Positions 1 through 13,658 are shown, counted from the whole stretch's first letter. The stretch: 63,992 nt of DNA, filler included, from Rhabdomonas costata (GCA_019059605.1; 30 parts of 30 records of this genome joined end to end with filler, not necessarily neighbours in it); one strand, 5' to 3'. A program made the numbers and translations. The notes: generated by a model not told the origin, from the letters alone.

Positions 1-644
1 GGTGGGTGGTGCTCGGTTGGTGCTCGGTAGGACACCTTGGGGGAGCACGCCCTAAGTTCGGCACGTATGGTCGTGCGGCGTCTTTTGCTTGCTCCCCTCC
101 CCTTGTCGGCGCCGCACCACCTCTCTGGTTCTTGCCTCTTTATAAATATATCGGACCCCTCACAGCGGGTGGCAGAGTGTGGTCAACCACAGTGTTCACT
201 GGAACCCAAAATACGTCTCGAGATGTCTTCATCCCACTTTGCATGGGCGCCCAGCGCCTCGCGGCGAAAAGAAAACACGCGAGAGGCGAATGACTTTTCG
301 AAAATCTTCTTTTAACCACCCGGAGTGTCTTGCAAACACTTTCTTAACTCCAGAAAATGAGACGACTCCAAGGGAATCACTGCCCACGGGCCCTCCGCTT
401 CACGTCAGGTCTTTTATCTCTATTCTTCTATCATGTAAGTCATGATGTCATGCAGGCAGCTCATTGCTTTCCCCCCCGTCTCTTGTTTCATCCCGTGCCC
501 GCACGCACAAGTAGAGGGTTTGCCGGGTCCTTTGGGCGTAAGCTGAGGCCTGGGGGTCTTTAAGGGATGGTGCCGTGATGACCTGCCGAGCTGGAAGGGC
601 GCATGTGTTTTCTTTTCGGTGAAGGACAGAAGGAAGTGGCACCC

Positions 645-1757
645 AGCCTGGAACTTCCTGCCTCGATCTCGATGTCTGGGTGGTACCTGTTGGGGACATG
701 GAAAAAGGCGAGTGGTGACCCGCGGGTGCACAGACCCCACAATGGCCGATAGGCTCCAGGTGATCTGCCCCGTGACTGGGTCGATGGCCAGGTCAGTGGG
801 CTGCTTGGAGGTCTGCTGGTAGGAGGAGTCATCGCCCAGCTCGTAGGGTGTGGCCAGGCGGAAGGTGACCCGCTGCCCGTCGTAGTCCGTTGCGGGCATA
901 AAGAAGTCCGACGTCCCTGCGAGGCGTGCGGTGAGCATTGCGTGACTGCTGCGCCCATTCTTCAGCAGTCCTTCGGCGGACGATGCAGGATTGCCCAAGC
1001 CTTGTTGCTGCACTGTGGCGAAAGCCAAGGCGCTCATTTCCGATGTTCTCCGTCACAAGGGTGGTGCGGGTTCATCACAAAACCACAAAAAACCACAAAA
1101 AGCAAAAGCAATTCACAGGAGGTACACATCAGCATTGTGGTACCAGACCACTCCGCGGTGCTTGGCCCTCGAGTCGTGAGCCAAAACGAGGAAGCAAAAG
1201 GTTTTTCAGCGGAATTTATTCTGATGTGTACTGTTCTTTGGGTCACCCAAGATGACTAGGCATCAATTACTCAACCAAAATGCAGGTAACATCGCACAAG
1301 TAAAAGTGTGCGAGGGATTCTGAGGGATACCGGGATTTTTCTAAGCCTGCGATGATACTTCATGTAGAAGATGGCTTTGCAATGGTTTTTTGCTACCTTC
1401 CAACAAATTCCACAGCAAAACCAAAGGTGCATAATTCAGCAGACAAAAAGAGCGGGGGGGGGGCAAGACATGCCCTGGTTGAAAAGCACCAGGGAGGGCA
1501 TGTAGGCCTCCGGGCTGAAGCTGTTGTTGTTCCGGAGGTCCACCACGGCGCTAAGCCGGAAGTGGTACACCCCGTTGTACTGCAGAATTCCGAGCCGGGC
1601 GCTGGCCCCGCTGAGGATCTGCACGGGGTACGGCCCTTCGGTGGCGTAGGTGTGGGTGATCACAGGGTTAATGAAGAACACCCCAGTATCAGAGTTCACC
1701 TGGGTCACCGTCTCGTTGAAGGCATAGGTGTCACCATCGCCGAAGCTCAAGACGTTG
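645..1757 (-). CDS. Partial multi-exon extracellular beta-sandwich (PKD/Ig-like) protein
   Basis: Exons ~1757-1474 (SFGDGD...THTYATEGPYPV, PKD-like), 916-~738 (DYDGQRVTFRL...LAIDPVTGQITW) and ~687-645; coding-like GC3 bias; AG acceptors. The first intron keeps frame only with a GC donor. Confidence 0.55.
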
Positions 1758-2169
1758 CTGATGCGTGCGTGCGTGCATGGCATAGAGCGCGGGCTGTTTA
1801 CTGATTGACTGTTGGTAACCGCTGTGGACTGACGAGCGCTGTTGGCCACATAAGTGCTCGTAAGAGGATCTTCGGAGCGAACAGTGCTGTGTGTGGAGTT
1901 CCGGCTCACTGCCGGGCGTTCCAAATGCGGTACCCTAGCCGCTGCCCAACGGGCCTTCGTTGTGCACCTACTTTTTTCAACCGGCTACCCACTCTGTTCC
2001 ATTGCTGCCCAAGTCTCTGAGTCTCCGCCCTCCATTTTTNNNNNNNNNNNNNNNNNNNNNNNNNNNNNNNNNNNNNNNNNNNNTTAATTAATTAANNNNN
2101 NNNNNNNNNNNNNNNNNNNNNNNNNNNNNNNNNNNNNNNGGGGGGAAGGGGGCTCAGAATCCAGCACAC

Positions 2170-3198
2170 CTCCTCCTTCTGCAGCACCGCCTGGAGGTCC
2201 GCGACCTGCTCGGAGGCCTCCTTGATCTTCTGCAGCCCAGTCACCAGGCGGACAGTCTTGTCCACCAGCTCCGCACGCTTCTTCTCCAGCATCAGCTTGT
2301 ACAGCGAGATCAGCTCCAGGAAGCTCTTCGGGGTGGTGTAGTTGTACCTGGAGGGTGGTTTCGCGTTTTGCATTCACGTCCATACATTCACACAGGCTCA
2401 CACAACAAATGGAACAGCTGTCTGAGCCGAGCGAAGCGGGGGGCAACAGGAGCATCAAGAAAAACCTCTTCTCCTGAGCGTAGTACTGCTTGGAGGTCTC
2501 ATTGACGATCTCGTGGCAGTACGCCATGTGTTCAGCGATGTTCTCCGTCATTTCCGGCCCTCCCAGGTCAATCTCGGAGAGGAAGCGGTTCGCCACACTG
2601 ACCAGCGCCTGGAAAAAAGAAGCAGGGGCGAAAACTTGAGGGACTTCCCCCCTACCTCCGAGAGATCTCGTCCAACGCCAACACACGCCTTACATCATCA
2701 CCCGCCACCAAACAAGAGGTGCCCAAAAGCGAGGCCCAAGGTGCCGTACGTGAACGAATGCTTAACCTATGCCAGAGGTGATTACCACGTCCAAGAAGAA
2801 CAGGACAAAGGGTTGGCGCGGGACGGAAGGGTGCAGGAATGCAACCTGGTGGGGCCAGGGGTGGAACCAGTCGATCACCGTCGTGCTGGCCAGAGCGGGG
2901 AACTGCATGCACCACTGCCGGAACTGCTCTCCCACAGGGCTGAAGCACAGCACGGCGTGCATGTTGTTCCGCACCTTGTTGATGAAGAACTCCCAACACA
3001 CGTCGCGGTTGCCGTAGTCGGGGTGCCCCGTGGCCTTGACCTCGTTCACCATGCTGCCCTCCACGCCCTCCCGCTCGTCCGCCGCGAACAGGTCGGGGAT
3101 ATTCCCCGAGGCGAGCATGTCGTTGAGGTAAACCAGCATCTGCTTGTCCACGATCTGGCTGTCGGTGATGATGAAGCAGTACGTCATGTGCATCCTTC
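2170..3198 (-). CDS. Axonemal-type dynein heavy chain, partial (AAA4 to start of coiled-coil stalk)
   Basis: Exons 3198-2846, 2608-2466 and 2347-2170 join in frame via GT-AG introns. Motifs: LNDMLASGNIPDLF, VRNNMHAVLCFSPVG, FPALASTTVIDWFHPWP, YNYTTPKSFLELI, RLVTGLQKIKEASEQV. Confidence 0.96.
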
Positions 3199-4278
3199 CT
3201 GCTCCGCAGAAGAAAAAGGCCGTGGAGTGCACCTTCTGTCATGCCAAGGACCACGAGAGTGGGGCCTGCCCCGCTCTTTCGTGGTGCGATCGCTGTGGCG
3301 AGGTGCGAAAGACCACTGCTTTGTGGTTGTGGCTGTTTGTTTCAGTGCATTCGGGAAGTGCCGTCCTCTGAGGTCACTGCCTATCAGACAAATGCTGCCT
3401 ATCAGACAGTGACGCAAACGATGGTTCTCCATGTAACGAGTTTCTGTGCATTCCTTCGAGAACTATTTGGTTGGCCTTCTTGCTGGTGGAAATATTGTTA
3501 TTGATCCTCTTATGGGCAACCTTTACGTATGGTTGGCCCTCGTGTGTCCCGTTTGCATGTCAGCTTTCAGCATGAAACAAACTGTTTTATGCGTGGTCGC
3601 CCATTTTTACTCTTTGTTCACAGAAAGGGCACTTCCCGAAGAGCTGCCCTCACCACACAGAGTCTTTAGGTATGCGGAGAACGCCCCTCCCCCCCCCTTT
3701 TTTTGCAATTGCATTTTTGGGGTAAAAGTCACGGAATATGCACAAGTGTTCGTGAAGAGTGCAAACAATTTACAAGAAAGAACGCGAGAGAGATTTGCCT
3801 GAAACAGGATGGGAATGTGAGGTGACAAAAGTGGAATTGGTGGAGGATAATTCAAAACGTCATGGGACGAAACGGAAAAGAGTGGGTCTTCTGAATCTTC
3901 GACTCACTTCGCGTTCATGCGTATACTCACCTTCCTATCGTAGAGCACATGAACGCTCGACATCGAGATGAGAAGAAGAACTGGGAGGTCCAGCTGAAAC
4001 GAGGTATCCTTATTTCCCTCTGGGTTGGCCCGCGCTAGGTACGCTGGTTGTGAGGGGTCATGGCTTCATTCAAGTCAGGCTGGAGATAGACTGTTCAAGA
4101 CTGCTCATCCATGCCTCATCCGAAATGTCGCATGAGTGAGTCGTTCTCTGACGGCAGCGACGCGCGGGCCAACCCACANNNNNNNNNNNNNNNNNNNNNN
4201 NNNNNNNNNNNNNNNNNNNNNNTTAATTAATTAANNNNNNNNNNNNNNNNNNNNNNNNNNNNNNNNNNNNNNNNNNNN

Positions 4279-4579
4279 CCTCCGAAAGAAAACTCCAAGG
4301 GTCGTACCTACGGGAAAACGCCCAGCACCCCAAGCAAGGTGTGCAGAGGATCAGAGACCTGAGCAGCAATGGCCCGTGACCCGTGGGGCTGAAGGGAGGT
4401 TACCAGACGCGTAACGTTCGGCGGGGAGCCGGTTCCGGTACCCGCGGCCAACAGCGCGTGCGCCAGTCAGTCCACAGTGGTCACCAACAACCAAGCAAAG
4501 TCAACCATGCAACACCCAGCGCGCAACGCGCTCAGCACACAGGACAAACACAAACACACACACACACACACACACACAC
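4279..4579 (+). repeat. Interspersed repeat family A, copy 1 (SINE-like, ends in (CA)n)
   Basis: Collinear similarity with 39381-39679, 6955-7152 and 48871-48985; shared blocks include CTCCAAGGGTC, CAGAGACCT, CCCGTGGGG, AACGTTCGG and CCAGCGCGCAAYGCGC followed by a CA-rich tail. Confidence 0.85.
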
Positions 4580-4912
4580 CAGAAGGGCATCCGCGGCCTC
4601 GGTTTCCATGAACGGCTTGGCCTTGTTGCGGTTGTTGACGAACATCCCATACCACGTACAGGGGACGTCGGTGTGCAGGGGCAGCACCGCCATCACGCGG
4701 CGGTTCAGCTCGTGCATCACCACGGCCTTGCGCTCGGGGTCGGTGAGAATGTACTGCAGCCGTTGCTCGTTGATCGACTGGTTGGCAAGGGTGCGCAGCA
4801 CGTCCGATTTGCGGCCCCCTTTGTGCCCGATCCAGCGCTCCAGTTGGTAGTCCTTGTACCGTACGTTCTGCTCCTCCGTGAGCTCCATCCGAATCTCCTG
4901 GATACTCACCAT
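4580..4912 (-). CDS. Exon of a protein of unknown function
   Basis: Open 111-codon frame with strong GC3 bias (MVSIQEIRMEL...EAADALL) ending at a GT donor that runs into (GT)n. Confidence 0.55.
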
Positions 4913-6954
4913 GGTGCCTTTGGTGGTGCGCGATGCAGGATGCACAGAACCCTTTGCCGAACAGAATTCGAAAAGACCCCCTATGAGACCATAAGGTCGC
5001 GGGAACCTGTCATGAGACAGTTCGCTTTAGAGGCAGAAGAAAAAAAGAAAGGCCGAAGGTGCATTCTCTTCACTGATGAGGCACAAACGTGATGCTGAGA
5101 ACCCCTTCAACAACACCAGGAAGAGCTCGGAAGCACCGAAAGTTGACATTTCACATGGGATGCCGAGGATTCTCTCAGGATGAGAAAGAGTGGTGCTATC
5201 TGTCACATCTGCATCACATGGCCAGCCCTTGTGGGTGGCCGTTCTCCGCGTGTGCATGCCAGAAGAATGTGTCTGTACGCGTTTTGGGGATAGGGTACTT
5301 GCTTCCGGAGGCTCTTGCTTGGAAAGAACCTTAGTGTGCATAAGGTGCAGGCGATGGTGTCCCTCGGCCTGATTACATCGTGCTAAAAGAAGTGCGGAGA
5401 TTTGGGATGGGACCCAAAAGGGGGAAGGGCGGGTTGTAGGACCTGAGGATGTTCACACAAGAAATCTGTCGAATGAGGTGAGGATGGCGGAGTGGCCTTT
5501 GGGGCACCCCCCCTTCACCCCGAGGGGCAGCTCAAGATGCTTCCAAAACAGGGCAGTGAGAGGGGGGATTGTGGGAGCGTGCGTAGAGAGGGTGTTGCAG
5601 AGGAAGGCTCAAAACAGTTGAGAGCACAGCGCGTAGAAAGGAAGCTAAGGACCCTGAAGAGAAAGACATTCATGTCATCACGAGACGGCCCCCTTCATCA
5701 TTTCAGCGCTCTCACCTTCGTCCCCTATGCAAGTTCATGCACAACAAACAGAACGCTTTTGAGTGGACTCAATGGAGAGCAACGGAGAACTTTTCCACAA
5801 AATACTTTTTTTGGGGGACGCAATGCTGGGTCAAGCATTCGAGTCGACCATGCCAAAAACCCAGTCAATGTTGACCAATCAGCTGGTCTAAAGATTCTTC
5901 CCGTACCTTCATCCGGGAACCCGAGCTCAACGCATCTGAGTGCGGTTTCGCTTATCTTCTTAAAAGGCACAGGCGCATTTTGGGGAAGGAATTAGGAGTG
6001 CCCTACGGTCCATAGTACAGCTCGGGCCTTGGCGGATCATTGCGCAGGCCAGTGCCCCGGAACCAATCTGAGGTGCAGCTGGAGTGGGTTGCTCAGGGGG
6101 CAAGTAGAAACACTCAGCACTAACCCAGGCCCTCAGTCATTCCATCGACTCTGCTAGACCCGTGCCTCGCATGGCCGTGAAATCTCAAAAGCGCCGAGAA
6201 AGCACAAGAAAGACAAGGTCTTTGTCTCTGAGCAGAGGGGACAGGAAGGGATTTGGGAGTCTACCCCTCCCGCTGAGGCCATAGGCTCCACTGCACAGTC
6301 CAGCCCGACCACCCAACNNNNNNNNNNNNNNNNNNNNNNNNNNNNNNNNNNNNNNNNNNNNTTAATTAATTAANNNNNNNNNNNNNNNNNNNNNNNNNNN
6401 NNNNNNNNNNNNNNNNNCTGAATCAAAACATGTTGCTATAAAGCTCAAATGCGCTTAATTAAAAAAGCGCTAAAATGGGTGTTGTGGGGCGTAACCAAAT
6501 GTCGGAGCCACCTGACGTGGTTGGTGAAAATGCTTGTATCAACGGCATTGTGTACGTTTGTACGTAGAACTTTAAAGATACACATACACAAGACAAGTTT
6601 GTCATATTGAACTGGTTTCAATTGTAACTTAAACTCTTTTACAGTGCTAATATATGACGTTTAATTGCTTTGGAAAAAGTTGTATTATCGTGCACTAAAC
6701 TCACTAATTTCTTCTGCAATCCACATAAAACAGCTTGATGTTATCTGATTTTTCGAAATAATGCGGCTTATTTCAAGATTGTCTGTCCGCAGTTAAGAAA
6801 ATATATTTTTGTATATATTTTACAATGGATGTAGGCGCTTTAATTGGTAGTTAAATTTGAAAATTACTGGTATGTCTAGAAAAGTTTTGATTATAGTTTA
6901 ACAGTTACGGCAGTAGTTTAAAAAGCGCAGCTTCACCACAAAGTTCAGTAACTA

Positions 6955-7152
6955 TATGATGAACGTTCGGAGGTCATAATCTTCCACACGGTATCGTTTA
7001 CTACAAAGGCACCTCTAGCGAGAACAAGTGGCCAACGGAGCGTGCGTCAGTCAATTCACAGTGGTCATCAGCAACCAAGCAACCTGTCATCCAGGAAAAA
7101 GCCAGCGTGCAATGCGCTAAACAAACACAGACACACACGCGCACGCGCGCAT
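6955..7152 (+). repeat. Repeat family A, diverged partial copy
   Basis: GAACGTTCGGAGG...GGCCAACGGAGCGTGCGTCAGTCAATTCACAGTGGTCATCAGCAACCAAGCAA...CCAGCGTGCAATGCGCT plus CA tail aligns to 4412-4579. Confidence 0.75.
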
Positions 7153-10100
7153 ATAACAGAGCAGAAGTCCTGTAACATTTTTAATATAGCAACCAGGAAT
7201 CCTTTCCAACAACACTTTCTAATCCATTTCAATATCTGCTCTCTACAAATGGAGCCTTTTTCAAATACACTTGCAGATGTGTGAAAGTCACAACACTACA
7301 GGAGCTTAATTTCAAGCAAAACATTAGAACTATTGGTTGTTTTTATTTTTCGCGATTTCCATGCTTTTAGAAGTTTCATGCAGTTCAGGAGCTCAGAGAC
7401 CATCTTTTCTAGAAAATGCCTCAAAATTTGACTGCGCTTGCTGGGAAGGGTTTTGTAGGCGTTTTGAAGTACAATTTTTGAGTCACTGTCGACCATAGCA
7501 GGACGTTCTTGTGTTGAAAGCTTTATTAGCCAGAGCTTTTGCCTGCGGCTGACATCTTCTGTTTGAAGTGCGCAAATTTCATCTTTTCTTTGTAAATGTC
7601 TGTGATTTTCTTTTGGTACTTCTGCGAATGTGAAAATATGGGTTCGGCAGTTGTCTTATGAAGCCATACAACGCCAGATTTTGACACTACTTCACCACGA
7701 TATTTTTTTCTGACTGACTTTTACACATTGGTTGCATCAAAGGACCACTTCTTGTTTCCACTCCTCTCATTTATCAGATGTTTTTTCTTTTGCACTTCAC
7801 CCGGTCTTCCGTCAGTTATTCATTGTATTGTAAGTTTTATGGTACACAAACACAATCACCGGGTATTTACCATATACATATATAGCAGTGAAAGTTGTTT
7901 TTATTTTGCTTTCCATAGCAAACACTGAAACACTTTTGAAATGAATATTTGAACAGGCACGGGTAGATGCAAGTGAGGACTTACCGTTCACTGACTATAA
8001 AAGATTGCTCACAGACTCCACCTAGGCTCACCCATATAATGTAAACCCTTCACAATGATAAGCGCTGATTGTGGTAGTTTGTGTTTTATGACAACCGTTT
8101 AGACCACTTTGGCTCGACCACTTGCGCTGACATTTTAACACCTAAATCATATCAAGGTCTGAATGTCTGCAGATAACAAGCAGCACTGTCATAAGTAGAA
8201 AAAATTGGCGAGGAAAAATTTGTTTTAACATCGCAGAAATACACACAAACACAAACAAACAGACACAACTGTCCACAAATTCAAGAGGAATGCAAAAGTG
8301 CATTTACTCCACCCTATCTTCGATTTATCACCACCAATGTGCTGGAACTCTCACACGTATGTCCAGCGATTGAAAGCACTGACTGCGGAGCGCAGAGGAG
8401 TTGCCCATGACATTATTGAAAGAGTATGCAAATTCCAGTATTAGAACCCCAAAACCNNNNNNNNNNNNNNNNNNNNNNNNNNNNNNNNNNNNNNNNNNNN
8501 TTAATTAATTAANNNNNNNNNNNNNNNNNNNNNNNNNNNNNNNNNNNNNNNNNNNNTGTTGTTGGGAACTGGGTATGTTCTGAAGCCTTTGCCCGGATGC
8601 GCTGAAAACCAACCAGAGGACCCTGACATGGGGATGCGATGGGATACCTAGACACGGCAAGTTCGTTGCAGAGCACTGAGATAGCAGAACTTTTGTTTCC
8701 GCAGATGCATCTCACCTCACCACCACCATACACACTCCACCGTCATTTTCACTACTCTGGCTCGTGCCCTTGTGTAACTATGGGAAACAGTTAATCTGTT
8801 TTGCCTCACGGAGTAAAACAAAAGTTTCGGAACGAAACCAGCTTTTTTGACGTTCTCGCCTCAACAGAGAACTTTCGATGCCCCGGTGAACATAGGGATC
8901 GCTCAACCGTAGGACAATCTGAACAACTCGCTAGGAGCCACAAAACCGCACAGTTTCGCAACATCGTTCAAAAAACCCAATCCAAACACTTCGCACAGTT
9001 TTTCGGCACACCAATCACTGTGATCGAGTGGGTGGGGTCCCCCTGCGCCACCGCCACGGAAGGGGCCCGCCCGAACATCGCGGCGTAGTTCTGAGGTGGG
9101 GTGTATACAGGCATTATGTGGTGGCTCCTTGCGAGTTCGTAGCGGAACACAGCACCGCAGAGAAAACAGTACGAATACAACAAAGCGGAGAAGACCGCTG
9201 AAAACCGGAGAACGTCTGCTTTCCTCTACTAATCAATCGTTGCGTACTCGTTGCTGGCTTCGCAGGCGGGCACGACAAACACACTGGCACCTGCAACAAC
9301 AACGGCGTAGCGACAAGCAAAACTGTAGCAATACCTTCCTTCTGAGGCTTTAGTTACTTTTATTTATCCATCCAGCGGTTGTTCATCCGGTGCCACACAC
9401 GGCAACTCTTGGAAAATTCCCTGCTGTGGGGAGCTAGTCGCATTGACCTGACATGGCACTGGAGGGTATTCAGTGCTTCGTTTCACGGCCACTCCGGTGC
9501 CCCTGTGGAAAACACTGGCAGCTAGGGGACAAAACGGGCTTCCCAAAAGTTTGGTAGAACAAAGGCAGGTTATGGGCGGAGCCGTCGGATATGCTTTGAA
9601 CGGAAATGCTGTTATTTGTGGTCCTTGATGCCGTGAACGGTGCGGTCATCACTGCTGGATTTTGCAACCTTTCTGCTGCCTTTCTGAATTCAACGTGAAA
9701 AATCGTATCAGTTAAAGAAAAAACAGCCAATAAAACCAAAGCTCAAGCCCCTATACAACTTAATGGGCAATTTAACGGACACTTTTCGGACACTTTTGAC
9801 TTGATTGTTGCACCCAACCCCAAGTATCTCGCTTTCGCGCTGGATTTTCCTTAGGAAAATGCTAGAAGCTGCACTAATCCATTTTGTCGAAAACGATACT
9901 GGCATGATAACCCACACCAAGCCAGCAAGAGTAACGTTTCTATATGCAAAAAGTGCAGAAATCCATCCAGAAAAGAGGTGCTTTTAAGAGCCATAACCCA
10001 AACTCCAAGCGGTTTTCTTGTGAATTCTTTCCGTGATGCTGGGAGTTAGAGCTTTTCGGCATCTCTGATGATTTCTGTTCATCCAAATACTTTCATACAA

Positions 10101-10815
10101 ACTGTGAACAATGCTGTCGATGTGTGCCTCTGCAGCGCTGTAACCCCGAATCATCGATGTACCAGAACCGAGTGTTCAGTGAGGACCCAGGAAAGACAGC
10201 ACGTCGCAACAATGCCTTCGGTTAAATGAGAGAAACATGCAACCCTCCATAGCCTTCGCCTGCAATCTTATCGTCACCGGAGCGCACCGTCACAAAGGAA
10301 AATAAGACCAACAGAAGCAAAGACACAGACTATGGACAATCCCCCAGCAATCCTGCAGGCTGGGAATTCTGCAAATACAACGCCTGTACAGCAGGGGGTG
10401 AGAAGGTCCTATGACCAGCAGTTCAACGTCCCACACATAACGCACACGCACAAAAACAGAGCGCGTCGTCGAAATTTTCGCCAAACAGGCCCCCTCCCAG
10501 TCCTCAAAATGAAAAGGCCGCACGAGGAAACGCGGACGCCAGAAAGACGGGCGGGCGGGCAACACAAAAAAAAAGAAGGATGGGCACATCAGAANNNNNN
10601 NNNNNNNNNNNNNNNNNNNNNNNNNNNNNNNNNNNNNNTTAATTAATTAANNNNNNNNNNNNNNNNNNNNNNNNNNNNNNNNNNNNNNNNNNNNTGTGTT
10701 GGGTGCGTATGGTTTGTTGGGGATCTTCCCACTGTGCAATGCGCGTCCGTACGGTCCACTCTGTTGTCCATTTTGTGTCCATTTTCGTTTTATGTCCACA
10801 CATTGTCGCGCGCAG

Positions 10816-12732
10816 CCGTTGCTCTTGAAGCTCTGGCGGAGATGACCTCACAGCTTCCGGTTGGTGGGACGGCGGGGGGCGACCTGCAGCCCGAGATGGA
10901 TGACCTCCGCGCATGGAAGAAGCAGTGCTGCCTGGGCCAGGTCTGTGCTGCCCCCCCCCTCCTCCTCTGTACCCTCCGAAATTCCTTTTTCAATTTGAAT
11001 AGCCCATGTTGACGTGATGTTTTCCAGCTGGCAGTCCGTGTTTTGGGAAGCGAAGGACTGCTCCGGCCATTGCCCTCCAATGGTTCCCACCTTTTTGTCG
11101 CTTCCTTCCCTCAGTCCATCTGCACTCTCTGATCCAGCACCCACAAGTGTGGGTGAAACCCCCTTTCATTCCCAGCCCATGCCCATTCCATTTTGTTCGC
11201 TTCACTATAAAACTGAGAACTGTCCATTAAATGAGAGCACCCGGACTTTCGGACTTTATAGCGAAAATAGTGTCGAAAACTGAAAACGAATAGAGGTTAC
11301 CCTTTTTTCCCTGCCCGCGTCGTTGTATTGACGTTTCCCTTGCTTTTTTCCTCGGATTTCTAGCTCTCTCACTCATAATGAGGAACGGGGCACTGGTGCG
11401 CGCTTGACACCGCACACGCTCGTACGGTGCTTGGCCCCTTTTCCTGACCCCAGGGCTCCTCGGCGCGGGTCTTCCTGGGACTTCTGGGGGGCCGCTTCAT
11501 GGGCCATTTTGTGGTTGTGAAGATTATTGAGCTGGGTACCCTGACCAGCCAGAAGCAAGTCGAAAGCCTCATGGCGTAGGCCCCCCCCTCCCTCCGTCCC
11601 TCACTCCATTCTTTGACAGACCAATAGCTTTTTCGATGTCTTGTTGAGAGGTAAGCCTTCGAATGTTTGGCTATGTTGTTGTTGGTGGTCAGCTCAAAGG
11701 TTGACTCACGGCAATCCTGGTCACTCCCCAGATGCTGTAGGAAGCGAGAACCATTCCAGAGCTTTACAACATGCACACACTGAAGGCGCGCAGCACGTCA
11801 CCTGTTGTGGGAGGAGATGCACACCCAAAACTCTGCGCTTCTAGGGAGATCACCCTAATGCGGACCTACCAGCACCCCAACATTGTTCGGTACTACGGCT
11901 GCGACGTGAACCACCAGGACAACACCCTTCGGGTGTTCATGGAGTACTTCCCTGGTGTGTGTGTGTGTGTACGGGGGGTGCCTTCCTTTCCCACGGCGAC
12001 ACGTGAGCATGTGCCTACCGTTGCTCACCCGTGAATGGCTATGCAGCGAACATGAAGCATATTCATACAGATACCCGCTTTGGGACGAACAGAGCAACGG
12101 CAGAGGAACTGACTTTTTTCGTGGGCGCATTCCCCCACGTGGCTGGGGTTTCAAGGTCACCTCTGCAGTGTCGCAGCTTAACCTCTGGTTCTTGCTGTGT
12201 GATATACCGGAAGCCAACCCCAGAGAAGCGCCTCTTCGGAAGTTTTCTTAGCTTTTTCTGTTCAGCGTATGGGAGTGCGGTGTTTGTGTGGGGGTGCCAG
12301 GGGGCTCGCTAACCTCCCTAATGGCCAAGAGCCCCGCGGGGTGCATCGACGACCTGGAGCTGGTGAAGCACTTCTTGCGGCAGGTGGCCGCTCACCACGC
12401 TCCCTGCTTTCCCCGCCTCCCTTTCCATTTTCCTTTTTCCTCGAGCTTGTCCCCTGCGTGACTGCTTTGCCCTCCCTGCCGACCTACCGACCTAAAAGTA
12501 GGTCCCGTGCATATTGCGTGACTTCAGCAGATGCAGCGAGAAGTACGCGGTTTAAAATAACCCTATTTAAGTCCGTTCGTTAACTTCAGAGCCTCTCTCT
12601 GTGAATCGGGGCATAATATGCTTGAAGGTGGTGTAACTGTGGAGGAAAGCCGGGGTTCGCTCTGCATACCCGTATGTCCGCAGATTGTGTGCGGGTTGGC
12701 CTACTTACACTCCAACCGAGTCCCCCCCACCC
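10816..12732 (+). CDS. Ser/Thr protein kinase, MAPKKK/STE11-like, partial
   Basis: Exons ~10816-10940, 11454-11575, 11845-11954, 12301-12383 and 12684-end splice in frame (GT-AG): WKKQCCLGQGSSARVFLG...VVVKII...EITLMRTYQHPNIVRYYGC...VFMEYFPGGSL...FLRQIVCGLAYLHSN. Confidence 0.9.
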
Positions 12733-13658
12733 NNNNNNNNNNNNNNNNNNNNNNNNNNNNNNNNNNNNNNNNNNNNTTAATTAATTAANNNNNNNNNNNN
12801 NNNNNNNNNNNNNNNNNNNNNNNNNNNNNNNNTTTTTTGGTTCGTTGTAGCGCCTTTTTTTTTCGGGGGGGGAGGAATACCGCATTACGGTCGTGGGGCC
12901 CGGCGCCAGAGACCGGGTGTTCCAATATGAAAACCTGATTTCAAGAATTGCCCGAAAGGCATGGAAGACGAAGAATAGAAGGGAGCGTAGGTAGCGACCG
13001 CGGGTGGCCAGAAAAACGCGTGCCAAGCTTTGTGGCGCCAGCCCGTTGCGCAAGAACACAAAGAAAGTACGCACTTCTATTGCGGGACAACGGCGGCGCG
13101 CGCTAGACTTGAGGCGGCAAACAGTTAGGATCTAGGCTCCTTTTTTCTGGAAGGCTTCGTTAACCTTGTATCGGAGGACAACTCTGCAAGGGCGCCCGGA
13201 CGAAGACGGGGAGGAAGAAGAGCAAGTTGCGAAAACCGCGCCAAAAAAGCGTAGACAACGCACATGGGCTCACAGCGGTCATATGCAGCCATACGCGTAG
13301 AGTGTGGAGGCCATCACTCATGGAGACCGTTGTGGTGGGGGAAATATGTCAGACCAATATAGGATCTCAGCTAAATAGCAGGGGGTATGCTGCAATGTGA
13401 CTCGGGGCGGTTTTCATTCGGGACATTTTTTTGGCTGTCGGTCGACGTCAGCGCACTTACCGCGAATCGAATTGTTTGTCTCTCTCCAGCAGCGATAGGC
13501 AACACAACGTAGGACAACGTAGGACAGACACAGTGTGCTCGAGAACTACAGCGCCAGAAGGAGAGGTCATCTGATCCTTCGGACAAGACTGGAAGCCCGC
13601 ACTCGAGAGAAGGCGACGGCAAACGAAAAGGAGAATTGTTCGCGTGCCCCCCCAGCTT

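Noticed and set aside
2084..2095. Regularly spaced TTAATTAATTAA as a biological repeat or CRISPR-like array
   Set aside because: It is an artificial six-frame-stop linker embedded in N runs.
2513..3412. Long plus-strand ORFs opposite real genes (also 18239-18859 and 52424-52888)
   Set aside because: These are antisense shadows of GC3-rich coding sequence with no protein motifs.
5073..5105. Hammerhead ribozyme core CTGATGAG
   Set aside because: No GAAA after stem II and no closing stems.
6494..6550. HDV-like (ingi/L1Tc Pr77-type) ribozyme suggested by GCCACCTGACGTGGT
   Set aside because: P1 is only 5 bp, P2 is not adjacent to P3, and P1.1 and J4/2 could not be built convincingly.
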